From IMG/VR virus record IMGVR_UViG_3300005535_000012, positions 1 to 39,583 of that record: DNA of 39,583 nucleotides, one strand, 5' to 3'. The notes below the pieces were generated by a model. It was not told the origin of the DNA and did no database searches. It worked only from the letters and a program-made list of their open reading frames with translations. Below, piece by piece: positions 17,263 through 27,181 of the stretch; the stretch's first letter is position 1; each line of letters begins with the position of its first letter. The position numbers and the translations under genes were made by a program. Origin of the DNA: a virus.

Positions 17263-18005
17263 GGCGAACTCCCGATATAGAAGTCGCCGTAGATATTATA
17301 AGTACCAGTCTGCTGACCTCGAAGCGCCGCAGGCATCTGCAACAGGGGAATTTGTGAATTTACCTGCTCGATGATGCGCATGGAAGCTTCGGCCTTCTTC
17401 TCGACAACCGGGTTCACCGGAAGCCCGTAGAAAGGGTAGAGCTCAAGCGTCAAATTCCACATCATCGCGGCCGAATATTCGGGCGGCAGCGAGATTTGAT
17501 CATTGATCGTGGTGAAATTCTGAAGCTGCTGCATCACTGTGATGTCGATCTCGTACTGATTGCTCGGGATCGGCCATACGAAGAGATTGGCGAGCGGGTA
17601 GCCCGCATCATAGAAGGCATATCGCGGGAACGAGTTCAGATCCTTCAGCGAGATGCGATCATAGTCCTCACGCGCTTTTAGAATCTCAAGCGGATAGCTG
17701 ACGGGAAGCGGCGTGTTGGTATTCTGCCGGAAATAGGCGAACTCCAGCTTGGCGGGGCGCACGATGTTGAAGTCGCCACCAGCCCCAACAGTGTATGAAA
17801 TTGCACCAGTCGCCTGCTTTGAAAGCGTGATGAGCTGGTAGACCATGTAACGCCGGCGCTGCCATTGCGCCAGCATCATGTTCAACAGGTTGAACGCATC
17901 GTTCATGTCCTCCGCAGACGCAACCTGCCCCACGCCAAGGACATTGGCTGTCCTCAGCGAAAGATTGATGATATCGGAAGGCGTCTTCGGGGAAGGGACG
18001 GTCAT
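17259..18005 (-). CDS. Putative head-to-tail adaptor / tail accessory protein
   Basis: Position between coat and hub genes only. Confidence 0.35.
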   Translation of the reverse strand: MTVPSPKTPSDIINLSLRTANVLGVGQVASAEDMNDAFNLLNMMLAQWQRRRYMVYQLITLSKQATGAISYTVGAGGDFNIVRPAKLEFAYFRQNTNTPLPVSYPLEILKAREDYDRISLKDLNSFPRYAFYDAGYPLANLFVWPIPSNQYEIDITVMQQLQNFTTINDQISLPPEYSAAMMWNLTLELYPFYGLPVNPVVEKKAEASMRIIEQVNSQIPLLQMPAALRGQQTGTYNIYGDFYIGSSP

Positions 18006-18008
18006 GGA

Positions 18009-18731
18009 TTATCCAAGGCGTTCGAGCTTGACATGAATGGCATATTTCATCGCGCCGGCCGTGCCAGAAGCATAGCTACTCGTCTGGTAAGTGATGTTCG
18101 TGCCGCCCTTTGCATACATCACTTGCTGACCTTGGCCGAATGCACCAATTGCATTTGCGGTATTGGTCGACGAAACTGAGCTCGCCAAAAGGGGCGTACT
18201 GGAGTCCAAGTCTGTCCAGCCGATGCCGATACTAGGAAGAGTCGAGGATGCTCCGTCAGCAGTTGTTTCTACCGCATAGCACGATGCCCGATAAAGACCG
18301 CCTTCTGCTGACGGAACTGCATAAAGCGTGGCAGACGAGACGTTTGCAGACTGATTGACAAGATCGATCTTGGCGATGATGGCTGCGAGACCATTACCGA
18401 CCAAGGTATCTCCGTTGTATGAGGTAAGAGACCCTGCTACTTTGGAGACTGTCGGATTAGGATACGTGCCCCCCAAATCACCGCCTGCCGTGCCAGATGG
18501 AGTCGCGCTACCCGAAATATTTACGCCCGGACCAAGTGTCACACCATCGATCGTGCCACCGAGAATATTTACTCCATCCGATCGCTCAGAACTGAGCGAC
18601 TGATAGCTGGGCGGCAACGTCGTCCCAAGATCAATAAACGTCGTCGTGAAATAGTTGACGTTCTGCTTATAGAAGACACCATTCTGGGCGTAGACAATGC
18701 TATACGCTGAACTCGGGTCGAACGTTGCCAT
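18009..18731 (-). CDS. Tail-fibre-like protein
   Basis: GGDLGGTYPNPTV motif common in phage fibre proteins; Ser/Thr/Gly-rich. Confidence 0.5.
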   Translation of the reverse strand: MATFDPSSAYSIVYAQNGVFYKQNVNYFTTTFIDLGTTLPPSYQSLSSERSDGVNILGGTIDGVTLGPGVNISGSATPSGTAGGDLGGTYPNPTVSKVAGSLTSYNGDTLVGNGLAAIIAKIDLVNQSANVSSATLYAVPSAEGGLYRASCYAVETTADGASSTLPSIGIGWTDLDSSTPLLASSVSSTNTANAIGAFGQGQQVMYAKGGTNITYQTSSYASGTAGAMKYAIHVKLERLG

Positions 18732-18733
18732 GA

Positions 18734-19135
18734 TTAATGATTGGTCCAGTTAGTACCGTTGCACATGACTTCGACCACTACCGAGCCACCACCAGTTGCC
18801 GTCGCATTGTAGACCGGCGACGCCGCGCCATCCGTCTCAATCGCGATCAGGCCATTGCTCGACGAGTTGCAGGTCGGAAGCGTTGCATTCGTGAACTTGG
18901 CCGGCTGCATCAGCACACTCGCAGCATTCTGGCTGGACATCGAGCCAGCGCAGAACGGCAGCGACGCGCCGACCGAGACGCCCTGACCGTTGTAATACGT
19001 ACTGCCTTGCAGGAAAAACGTGCCGCACTGGTTGGTAATCGTCTGAAAGCCATTGCTCGGGTTGAACTGAGCATGGGCCGACATGGCGAAACTTGCACCA
19101 GCTACCGCAGCAGCGGCGATGAGAATCTTTTTCAC
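18734..19135 (-). CDS. Secreted four-Cys protein (Sec signal peptide) inside the structural operon
   Basis: MKKILIAAAAVAGASFAMSAHA-QF signal with AHA cleavage-type site; four Cys in the mature part. Confidence 0.7.
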   Translation of the reverse strand: MKKILIAAAAVAGASFAMSAHAQFNPSNGFQTITNQCGTFFLQGSTYYNGQGVSVGASLPFCAGSMSSQNAASVLMQPAKFTNATLPTCNSSSNGLIAIETDGAASPVYNATATGGGSVVVEVMCNGTNWTNH

Positions 19136-19395
19136 GATTGATGCTCCTGGATGATTTGCTTCAGCTTTTCGATACCGGTTTTGTGGTGCGGATTCAGCCC
19201 GAGAGCCTTGGCTTCTGCCATCAGGGCATCCCGAAGGCTGTCAACGCTTGCTTCATCGGCAGCTTCATTGCCGACCGCAGCGTCTTCTTCCTCGCGGCTA
19301 TTCACTACAAGTCCCGAGCCGTCAGCCAACGTCACCCATTTCGGATATTCGTGGAAGACGTACGGTGCAGTGAAATTGCGCATGTTCGGATACAT
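19132..19395 (-). CDS. Hypothetical protein (87 aa)
   Basis: Tracked ORF, ATGA coupled to the next gene. Confidence 0.6.
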   Translation of the reverse strand: MYPNMRNFTAPYVFHEYPKWVTLADGSGLVVNSREEEDAAVGNEAADEASVDSLRDALMAEAKALGLNPHHKTGIEKLKQIIQEHQS

Positions 19396-19404
19396 CGACT
19401 GCCC

Positions 19405-19432
19405 CTAAAAAGGGACCGGGACGAACCCGGTC
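19405..19432 (-). terminator. Rho-independent terminator after the coat gene
   Basis: Minus strand GACCGGG-TTCGT-CCCGGTC (7-bp GC-rich stem) followed by CCTTTTTAGG. Confidence 0.7.
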
Positions 19433-19456
19433 CAAGCACCACTCGGAGGAGACTCT

Positions 19457-20659
19457 TTAAAGAACGTCGGCTACAATCGATGCCCATTCCGGTCTAATAG
19501 CAGCAAACCCATACAGGACATCGAGCCTCGTGACCAAATTGTCCGACATCACGTCGTACGCCGTAATCATTCGCATCGCGACGCCATCGAACTCGGCGCG
19601 AGCCGACTCCACTACGCCTTGGGTGGGCATGACCAGATCGGCGGTTGCCAGCGTGAACGCTTCCGGATAGAAGGCCAGGTTCTGGCGATACGACGAGCCA
19701 GCAGCCATCACGAGCGAGATCGTTGCACCGTTAGCCGGCGATGCCGTAACAGTGTTGAACGCAGCCGGAGCCGGGACAATTGCCGGATAGATCGGGATCG
19801 ACGTAGCACCGCTTGCGACGTTAGCCGTGACCACGAACTGGCGCAGGACGCCTTGCGTAAGACCCGTGAGGCGGTTGATCGCGTTGACGCCGGCAATCGT
19901 GATGATGTCGCCTGCGTTCAGCGTGCCGGTGATGGCGTTGACCGTCAGCGTGTTGCCCGTCTGGTTGGCGCCGTTGACGGTGCCAGCCGTGAATGAACCG
20001 ACCGTATGGATCTGGGTCGTCTGGTCGCTGTACCAATCGAAGCCCAGCGTGTCGGTCGTGATCATGCCGGTTTCATACTGATCAGCAATCTTACGCTGCG
20101 GGTTGAACAGGCCAGCCAGCGACGTGACGGTGCGAGCTTCCGTCTGCATGTCCATGATGACCGTGCGATCCATGCGCGGCGCGAGGTTTTGCGAGAGCTG
20201 GGCCCCAGCATTGAGCCACGTGCCAGCATCCGGCGAGACTAGGTTGCCGGAGCCATCGGTCTTGAACGAGATGTTCGCAGCCGAATTCGAGACGCTGATC
20301 AGATCGCTTGCTACCGAAGCCGCAAGGCGGTTGATCGCAGGAGCCAGAATCCGCTCGCTGTAATCATCCAGCGACATCGTTTTCTCGGCCGTGCCGAACG
20401 AAACCGGGACATTCTTCTGCGTTGCCACAGTCAGCGTCGTGTTTTGCTCGTTCGTGCCTTGCGGAGTGATCGCCGGACCCGAGTTGACAACATAGTCGTT
20501 CGGGAGGCGGATCCGCAGCGTGTTGCCGATCTTGGCACCAGTGCGGGCGAATTGGTCGTCGTATTGACGGTTGACACGGCGAAGGAAGGCATTCGTCTGC
20601 GAGAACAGGCGAACAGCTTCGTTCGTAATTTGATTGATTGTGAGCAGAGAGTTGCTCAT
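19457..20659 (-). CDS. Major capsid protein, P22 coat family
   Basis: ATG 20659 with GGAG SD. C-terminus RLDVLYGFAAIRPEWA resembles P22 gp5 RIALWYGVNATRPEAI, and GDIITIAGV resembles GDKISFAGV. Confidence 0.8.
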   Translation of the reverse strand: MSNSLLTINQITNEAVRLFSQTNAFLRRVNRQYDDQFARTGAKIGNTLRIRLPNDYVVNSGPAITPQGTNEQNTTLTVATQKNVPVSFGTAEKTMSLDDYSERILAPAINRLAASVASDLISVSNSAANISFKTDGSGNLVSPDAGTWLNAGAQLSQNLAPRMDRTVIMDMQTEARTVTSLAGLFNPQRKIADQYETGMITTDTLGFDWYSDQTTQIHTVGSFTAGTVNGANQTGNTLTVNAITGTLNAGDIITIAGVNAINRLTGLTQGVLRQFVVTANVASGATSIPIYPAIVPAPAAFNTVTASPANGATISLVMAAGSSYRQNLAFYPEAFTLATADLVMPTQGVVESARAEFDGVAMRMITAYDVMSDNLVTRLDVLYGFAAIRPEWASIVADVL

Positions 20660-20825
20660 ATTGATCTCCAAAGCAAAAACAAAGAGGCCATTTCTGGCGG
20701 CTTGTCCCTGCCCTGCGGAGACCAACTTGACGGGCTTACCCGACGATTGCGGCTCGTCTCAGCCTGAATACCCGGAAATAAATCCCTTCCGGTAACTGAA
20801 AGGGTAAGCCCGAAGTAAATAATGT

Positions 20826-21560
20826 CTAGCGCTTGCTCTTGCGATTCTTATTCCGCCACTCTACCCACTTCTTCGTATCGCTCGGATCGGGTTCGGTCGA
20901 ATCGCTCGCGCTGCTGCCACCCCCATCCACTGTCTGCACGGGCGGCGGTGCCTTGCTCACCTGCTTGCTGAGTGCTTTGGCAGCTTTCGGCGCAAGCTTC
21001 ATCATCTCAATACCCATCTGAACCGGATCCAGCGACGAGATGCGCATGGCTTCGTCGATGTTCTCGTTCTTGCCGAGATAGGTGACGAGCTTTTCGGCTC
21101 CATCAATTGAAGTAAGGACTTTCAGGAAGTCAACGCCCCCGACGCCGGCCATGTTCAAGTTCTGAGTGGCTTTTTCGAACTCATCGCCGAATTCTTTCGC
21201 GCCGGCTTCATTGATGCGAGCGATGCCGCTATTCAACGACTCGCTGGCCTTCTCTTCGTTGCGCAGGCGTTGAGCATAGGCGCGAGCGAGTTCTTCGACA
21301 TTCTGATTGGGCGATTGATGAGTTTGCTGAACTTCGCCGCCTGACTGCTGCGCCGCACGAAGACGATTCAGTTCAGCCTCCAGCTCAGCAGCACGCGCTT
21401 CCGCTGCCCGACGCGCCGCGGTGATCTCACTGATGCGCTTGGGCACCCATGAGGTATCAGGCCGTTCCTGCGTCTCAGTATGTTGCTGCTCAACCTGCTG
21501 AGTTTCTGTTTGCTGCTGCTCGGTCGATTCGGTCTGCTGTTCGCTCTGAACATCGCTCAT
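20826..21560 (-). CDS. Scaffolding protein
   Basis: Acidic, Gln/Glu/Ala-rich helical 244-aa protein between portal and coat. Confidence 0.6.
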   Translation of the reverse strand: MSDVQSEQQTESTEQQQTETQQVEQQHTETQERPDTSWVPKRISEITAARRAAEARAAELEAELNRLRAAQQSGGEVQQTHQSPNQNVEELARAYAQRLRNEEKASESLNSGIARINEAGAKEFGDEFEKATQNLNMAGVGGVDFLKVLTSIDGAEKLVTYLGKNENIDEAMRISSLDPVQMGIEMMKLAPKAAKALSKQVSKAPPPVQTVDGGGSSASDSTEPDPSDTKKWVEWRNKNRKSKR

Positions 21561-21575
21561 TTTTCTCTCCGGTGG

Positions 21576-23759
21576 TTATTGCTGGGGCTGCTGAGTTGTT
21601 TGAGGTTCTTGAACTGGTGCCAAGACATTTTGAATGCCAGCGGCGTATAGATTAGCAGGATCCGTCATATCAGGCAGCACGCCAGCATCAGGATTGGATG
21701 CTCGCAGAATTTCTGCCAATGTCTTCCGAATAATAGGCTCAATAGCCCCTTCACCCATAGCGGGAACCAGCGCCTTGAGCCGGTCAGTCTCGGCCTTAAA
21801 TGCATCCAGAATGGCCTTGTTGTCATTCTCCATGCGCAGAGCGAGATGGTTAAGCGCATCCATGTCAACGCGCTTCTCTTCAAGCTGATGCTGCACATTT
21901 TTATCGTTCAATGCCTGGTGCAATTGATTGATGATCTGCGTGGCCTGCTGCAACTGCCCTTGAAGCTGCTGCACCTGAGGATCAACGCCTCCGAATACGG
22001 ACGGATTCGTAGCTTTAATCCAATTACGCATGCGCTCCGCGAGCTTATCAGCGTTAGGGAAATCCGCGTTGCTCATGTAGATATCGCCAATCACCTGAGC
22101 CATGGCCGGCTGAGCCGCCAATAGTTGCGTCTGGGCATCAAAAGCCTGCTCGCGACGCGTCTCAAAGCTCGGGCCGCTTTGGGCGATGACATTGTATCGA
22201 CCCACCTTCGGGTTGAAGATCGCTTTGATCTTTGCTTCGCCTTCGTCCTCCGACATTTGGAGCGATTGCTTTTGTTCTGGATCGATCTGGACTTGGCTTT
22301 CCTCGCCCGATTCCTCATCAGTGATAAGTAATGTGCGCCGCGTATCGTAATACTTCGGAATCAGGTCGATCAACTGGACGCCAGTGAAGCGGATCGCATC
22401 TGCCATGGCATCCTGATAGTTGAAAGTGACGCGCTGGCCTTGTTTCTGGCGCTGCTCGATCGCCACGCCGGCAACTTCGTTTCCTTGTTCGCTGAAAGTG
22501 GCTTCATATTGGCCCGACGCCATCATCATCTGATGTTCGGCAGCCTGCATTCCTTCAAGATAGACAGGAGCGCTAGTCGGCGGCTGCTGACGTTTAGGCT
22601 CAGGGATGGGATTGCCATTCTCGTCAGCATGGTTGTATGGCAAATAGGCGTGATTCTGGGTATTCGCTGTGGACCAATAGTTCTCAAGCCCTTCGACGGC
22701 CTCAACAGGAGCGGTATAAGGCGATTTCGACTGCAATGCGCCATATTCCAACGCGGCAGAAGCGTTGTAGTTGTAAGCCCGCTGCGAATCTTTGAGATAT
22801 CGCGTCAAGCCCTTTCGATCGAGGCGCCCTTCGATGACGATTTCCTCGCCAGGCACGCGAATGATCGGGATGTACTTCCCAAGCCATACCGAGGTCTCGA
22901 CAATCTCGTCGCCAACGATCAGATACCAATTGACATGCCATTTCGGGACGCGGCGCCGCTGGGCTTTGCCATCCTCCATAGCCTGAGTCAGGATATCGCG
23001 AGCCTCGACAGGGATGGTTGACTCTCGAACGAGCGTCGTGCCGCCGTCATCCTGATCAATCGCATACAGCCATTCGCTGCCTTCTTCGCGCTCGTAATAT
23101 TCGGCCACACGGATCGAATCCTTACGCGTCCATGCTAGCTCCCCTTCGCCCATCACGGCCTTGGCGGATGCCTTCGGATACTTCTTCTCAGCCTTCTCGC
23201 GCGGCATGTCATCAAACACGAACGCATAATTGGCGTCAGATCCATCCGTCTTCTTGATGTGCGGATCCATGTAGATCGATAGCGGATCTTGCACTTCCCG
23301 GATGAACAGGTCTTGGTCGAAGCTGTCGTCATCGACGTAATCCGAGACGATGCGCCAGTATCCAATCCCCGCGCCCACCTGAAACTCCATCGCCTTCTTA
23401 TAGGCTGCCTTGGCGTTCGAGATGTATTCGATGCGACGCACAATTTGCTGGAAGATCTGGGCGCTCTCATATGTCGATTCATTGCCAGTCGCGCTGATGC
23501 GGACAGACGGCTGATTCTCTTTGCCAAAGTTGACGACATGCAGCCAGTGCGTGTGCGTCTTGTTGATCGTCACCATCGGCTGACCGGCGAGCTGGCGCTG
23601 TGCCCGCACTGCGGCATTCCACTGATCCTGGTTGTCAGGGTCAGCAAATAGGAACCGAACGTCGTCTTTGAAGCGCGAGCGAGCCGCCTGCTCCCATTCC
23701 ACGCAGGCTGAAAAGCGCTCGTGCGCTCGCTTGATGATGTCTTTCTTGCGCTCAGCCAT
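21576..23759 (-). CDS. Portal protein (P22 gp1-like size and position)
   Basis: 727 aa immediately after the terminase large subunit; long helical Gln-rich C-terminal barrel-like tail as in P22 portal. Confidence 0.85.
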   Translation of the reverse strand: MAERKKDIIKRAHERFSACVEWEQAARSRFKDDVRFLFADPDNQDQWNAAVRAQRQLAGQPMVTINKTHTHWLHVVNFGKENQPSVRISATGNESTYESAQIFQQIVRRIEYISNAKAAYKKAMEFQVGAGIGYWRIVSDYVDDDSFDQDLFIREVQDPLSIYMDPHIKKTDGSDANYAFVFDDMPREKAEKKYPKASAKAVMGEGELAWTRKDSIRVAEYYEREEGSEWLYAIDQDDGGTTLVRESTIPVEARDILTQAMEDGKAQRRRVPKWHVNWYLIVGDEIVETSVWLGKYIPIIRVPGEEIVIEGRLDRKGLTRYLKDSQRAYNYNASAALEYGALQSKSPYTAPVEAVEGLENYWSTANTQNHAYLPYNHADENGNPIPEPKRQQPPTSAPVYLEGMQAAEHQMMMASGQYEATFSEQGNEVAGVAIEQRQKQGQRVTFNYQDAMADAIRFTGVQLIDLIPKYYDTRRTLLITDEESGEESQVQIDPEQKQSLQMSEDEGEAKIKAIFNPKVGRYNVIAQSGPSFETRREQAFDAQTQLLAAQPAMAQVIGDIYMSNADFPNADKLAERMRNWIKATNPSVFGGVDPQVQQLQGQLQQATQIINQLHQALNDKNVQHQLEEKRVDMDALNHLALRMENDNKAILDAFKAETDRLKALVPAMGEGAIEPIIRKTLAEILRASNPDAGVLPDMTDPANLYAAGIQNVLAPVQEPQTTQQPQQ

Positions 23760-23762
23760 GTT

Positions 23763-25103
23763 TTAGCCCATCCAATAGCCAGGCGTCACCCGGCCATGAT
23801 TGACGACCCCTGTCGGGCGTGTTTTGTGTTCTTTGCGCGGAGCCTTGGGCTCACGGAGTGCCACAGCCATATATCCAAATGCATCTGCCGCGTGAGAAGC
23901 CCAGTCGTGAAGCGGCTCATTGCTGAACTGCTTCGTCTCTTCGTCCACGTTGTAGCGGTAATTGTTCAGCGCGTCCAAGCCAATCGAACATTTCTCTTGG
24001 TCGAAATAGATCATCGGGAAGATGGTGCGAGCGGCTTCGATGCGCGTGTCGATCGATGTCTTCGGCACAGTCCGCACCTTAAAACCAGCATCGCGGAGCT
24101 GCTGAGCAACTGTACGCTTGGACGCCAACAGCTCGTTGTTAGCGTCATGAGGAAGCCAGCAGTCGCCATACACATAGCGCTTGCCTTGTAGCTCGATAGC
24201 ATATTCGCTGATGTGCTTGCCAGTTCCTTCGAGATAATCGATCACGCGGTACTCGAACGGCCCAAGCTGGGCGAACCAGATCGTAGTCTTGTCTGCACGT
24301 CCCAAATCCCAGAAGAGATGCACCGGCTTACTCGGATCGTATGGCACCCGCATGATGCGCGAAGCAGCCTCCCGAATCTCGCGAGCGTAGACAGCACCCA
24401 AGATCGGTGCCTCAAACGAGCACATGAACTCTTGGTCGAACAGAGCATTGCCCATGGCCTCGCCGAAGTCTCGTACATATTCGGCGCGGAGTTTGGCTAG
24501 CTTCTCGGCATCATACTGGCCGGTATCTACCGCCGTGAGGATTTGCGCAAACGCATCAGGGTCACTCTGAGCACCTTGATATGTGGTGTAGGCATGGTTC
24601 TTTCCTCGAGGCGTCGTGATGAATATCTGCCAGCCATTGTTCTCGGCAATGATCGGCCGTAGATATGCCTTCGCCGCAGGATTCGAAAGCGCCCATTCAG
24701 AATAGACAATACCTACCGGCGGCGCACCCACCATAGCATTATAGTTGTCCGATCCAAGAACCTGCCATGTCGAGCCGTTGATGAACTCGATATACATCTC
24801 TTGGTCATTCTTCTTGCGCCGGATGGCCTCGGGGAATGCCTCATCGATACGCTTCTTCCCAGAGCGCGGATTCACTGCATTCCAGATAGCCTTGCGAGCC
24901 TGAGCCGCCATCGGGAGCATATGCCAGTAGCAGCCGATGCGCTCAAAGGCTGCTACCGCAGTTCGATGGAGAGCAACCTCATCCTTACCACTCCGGCGCG
25001 CCCAGATCAGCTCAGCATGCTTGCCGCCGCGCTCTAGGTAGTTCCATGCTTCGCGCTGATATCCTCGCGGCACCCAATTATTCGGCAGCTGGATCGTCGT
25101 CAC
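23763..25103 (-). CDS. terL: Terminase large subunit
   Basis: Walker-A-like ARRSGKD near the N-terminus, an acidic nuclease-type C-terminal half, and position upstream of the portal. Confidence 0.85.
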   Translation of the reverse strand: MTTIQLPNNWVPRGYQREAWNYLERGGKHAELIWARRSGKDEVALHRTAVAAFERIGCYWHMLPMAAQARKAIWNAVNPRSGKKRIDEAFPEAIRRKKNDQEMYIEFINGSTWQVLGSDNYNAMVGAPPVGIVYSEWALSNPAAKAYLRPIIAENNGWQIFITTPRGKNHAYTTYQGAQSDPDAFAQILTAVDTGQYDAEKLAKLRAEYVRDFGEAMGNALFDQEFMCSFEAPILGAVYAREIREAASRIMRVPYDPSKPVHLFWDLGRADKTTIWFAQLGPFEYRVIDYLEGTGKHISEYAIELQGKRYVYGDCWLPHDANNELLASKRTVAQQLRDAGFKVRTVPKTSIDTRIEAARTIFPMIYFDQEKCSIGLDALNNYRYNVDEETKQFSNEPLHDWASHAADAFGYMAVALREPKAPRKEHKTRPTGVVNHGRVTPGYWMG

Positions 25104-25371
25104 CTTTCGCTCCGAATCGAATGATCTGAATGCTGAATGGCTCCCCTTCGGGCCCGCTTACCTCAACGGCTTGGGCAGCCTTGCCATAGGCGCGGTCCAT
25201 GATCTCTTTGGAAGCGGCAATACGCGCAGTGTCGTTCTCACTATCGCGCATGATATTGACGAGCGTATCAATGGCTTCCGGCCCATATTGCTGAGCCAAC
25301 GACTTGACCTCGGCAGTGCTCTTGTTTGGCGTGCCTTTCTGGCGTCCTCCGGTTTTTATTCCCTTGGCCAT
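25078..25371 (-). CDS. Putative terminase small subunit / DNA-binding protein
   Basis: Basic N-terminus GGRQKGTPNKSTAE common in small terminases; located directly upstream of terL. Confidence 0.4.
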   Translation of the reverse strand: MAKGIKTGGRQKGTPNKSTAEVKSLAQQYGPEAIDTLVNIMRDSENDTARIAASKEIMDRAYGKAAQAVEVSGPEGEPFSIQIIRFGAKGDDDPAAE

Positions 25372-25388
25372 AGATTTTCTATATAGCT

Positions 25389-25580
25389 CTACTTCAGACC
25401 ATAAATTTTTCCCGCACTTACCCGGTTCGTCAGCACATGCCAGTAGATTGCATTAGCTGCCATCCGAGCGGCCGATTGACGTGCTTCTTGCTCAAGTACA
25501 TCCTCAAGAGTTGCGCCCATGAATTCAGTGAGTTCCGAGCGGCGACGAATTCGATGTTCGAGATTGTTCTTTTTCATCAT
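25389..25580 (-). CDS. Hypothetical protein (63 aa)
   Basis: Tracked ORF. Confidence 0.5.
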   Translation of the reverse strand: MMKKNNLEHRIRRRSELTEFMGATLEDVLEQEARQSAARMAANAIYWHVLTNRVSAGKIYGLK

Positions 25581-26041
25581 CAGTTCCCGATCGGTACATT
25601 CGATAGGCCGTAATGAACAGAGACGCGTACGGAAGCAGCGGTGAGGGCAACGCTCAATGATACGGAGATCGTGCTTCCACTCGTGCTGCTGGCCCAGAAA
25701 GCCCCAGGAGAGCTAGTCTGGCGAATTACCGTAGGCTGAGCGGGAGAAGCGGCAGCAGACGGGAAATAGGCGCGCAGCGTGGCGAGCGCTCCGTCCACTG
25801 AATCAGTGACGCTAATCAGATTCATCCCAGCTGCTCCAATCGTCGCAGTCGGATCGATTGTGATCTGAACTGCGGGGATGAACACATATTTGCCTGCCGG
25901 CACAGTGATCAGCGTTTGAGGGCTCGTCCCGCTAGCAGAATTGAGGGTAACGGCGGCGAACTTGGTGGGGATGAATTGCCCCAGAAGTTGGCGCGTATAT
26001 CCTTGCGGGTCGGCGTATTGGATTGTGATGCCTTGGCTCAT
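25580..26041 (-). CDS. Hypothetical beta-rich protein (153 aa)
   Basis: Tracked ORF. Confidence 0.6.
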   Translation of the reverse strand: MSQGITIQYADPQGYTRQLLGQFIPTKFAAVTLNSASGTSPQTLITVPAGKYVFIPAVQITIDPTATIGAAGMNLISVTDSVDGALATLRAYFPSAAASPAQPTVIRQTSSPGAFWASSTSGSTISVSLSVALTAASVRVSVHYGLSNVPIGN

Positions 26042-26223
26042 TTCTTTTTCATCCCTTTGAGGGTTTCAGCCAAACGAGCCCGCTGGCCTTCTTTGCCGCC
26101 CTTCTTCGCGGCGGCTGCGAGCTTCTTAGCGGGGATCTTCTTCCCTTCAGGAACCCCAAGTTCCTTGTGCAAGGCACCGGGTTTCTTGATTGCGCCCTTG
26201 ATCCAATTCTTAGCCATTTTCAT
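26038..26223 (-). CDS. Lys-rich small protein (61 aa)
   Basis: Tracked ORF, ATGA coupled. Confidence 0.5.
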   Translation of the reverse strand: MKMAKNWIKGAIKKPGALHKELGVPEGKKIPAKKLAAAAKKGGKEGQRARLAETLKGMKKK

Positions 26224-26437
26224 GCCCCGGCATTTTTATCTTGATCGTAGTCTTTGATGATTCAACGCCACAGGACTTCCTCAGATCAGAGAGACGATTG
26301 GACATTTCAAAATCCTTGTAATGCCGATCCATATCTTTAAGAAAGAGGAAAAGCCCCCGATTGATCACCTCAGCCGAGAGAAGGGAGTTGATCGGAAAAA
26401 AATCGATCGACCCATCCTTCCGGATTGTCGCACTCAC
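26210..26437 (-). CDS. Hypothetical protein (75 aa)
   Basis: Tracked ORF. Confidence 0.5.
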   Translation of the reverse strand: MSATIRKDGSIDFFPINSLLSAEVINRGLFLFLKDMDRHYKDFEMSNRLSDLRKSCGVESSKTTIKIKMPGHENG

Positions 26438-26622
26438 TTTGACGTCCCGCGTTCTTTCGGCGCGCGGATACCGTTGATTTTGACAGGCTCAGGCTTCGGT
26501 CCTTTCGGGGGCGTGCCCCCATGGAAAGCACCCGCTTTAGCCGTGCGCGACGCGTGCGCGCAATTCGCTGCTGCCTTCATGTTGCTGTCTTTGCCGTCAC
26601 CGCCCTTGTCATATGCCGCCAT
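26434..26622 (-). CDS. Hypothetical Gly/Lys/Pro-rich protein (62 aa)
   Basis: ATG 26622 preceded by GGAGAG; the tracked start 26634 is a TTG. Confidence 0.45.
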   Translation of the reverse strand: MAAYDKGGDGKDSNMKAAANCAHASRTAKAGAFHGGTPPKGPKPEPVKINGIRAPKERGTSK

Positions 26623-26632
26623 GTCGCTCTCC

Positions 26633-26660
26633 AAAAATGGGAAGACCGCCGACTGGCGGT
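26633..26660 (-). terminator. Possible attenuator hairpin
   Basis: ACCGCC-AGTC-GGCGGT stem, but the T-run begins 7 nt after the stem. Confidence 0.25.
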
Positions 26661-26693
26661 TACTATGCGATGCTAGGCCTTACGTAAAAATAA

Positions 26694-27005
26694 TCAACGT
26701 TGGTTTAGCCTTGCATAGAGAAAGAGGTCATATTTGAGCTCTCGGAATGGCCCTAGCGGTTCTCGTCTCCCCGCACGGAAATCCTGATACCCCGGAATCA
26801 GTTCATAACGAGCTTCGTTTTTGCGGGACTTCGGGTAATACTTGAAGGCCTTCTCCGAGACTCCGATGCGGAGCATTTCCTCAACTTTGCCTGAGGGCTC
26901 GGCAAATGAAAGACTGAGTTCCTTTAGTGTGTAAGGACGGCTACCCTCCATGAGTAAACAGAGGGTAGCCAAGGAAAGGGGCAGCTTTACCTTTCTGGGG
27001 CGCAT
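26694..27005 (-). CDS. Hypothetical protein (103 aa), possibly winged-helix
   Basis: Strong AAGGAGG SD before ATG 27005. Confidence 0.65.
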   Translation of the reverse strand: MRPRKVKLPLSLATLCLLMEGSRPYTLKELSLSFAEPSGKVEEMLRIGVSEKAFKYYPKSRKNEARYELIPGYQDFRAGRREPLGPFRELKYDLFLYARLNQR

Positions 27006-27181
27006 GCTTCCTCCTTATCCAGACAGTCACGGAACCATTGGAATCCGCAGCGCGAGCATGTCAAAAGAAGCTCCTCATAAGCGCGCTGGGCACGCCGGTC
27101 AGTTTTTGCCGAAGGCTTGTACTCCACCGTCTTCCCCGGATACCCGCACTTCGAGCAGTTCTCGTGTTGGTCGTATTTCAT
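26987..27181 (-). CDS. Zinc-ribbon-like small protein
   Basis: CSKCGYPG ... CSRCGF pairs of CxxC; ATGA coupling. Confidence 0.55.
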   Translation of the reverse strand: MKYDQHENCSKCGYPGKTVEYKPSAKTDRRAQRAYEELLLTCSRCGFQWFRDCLDKEEACAPER

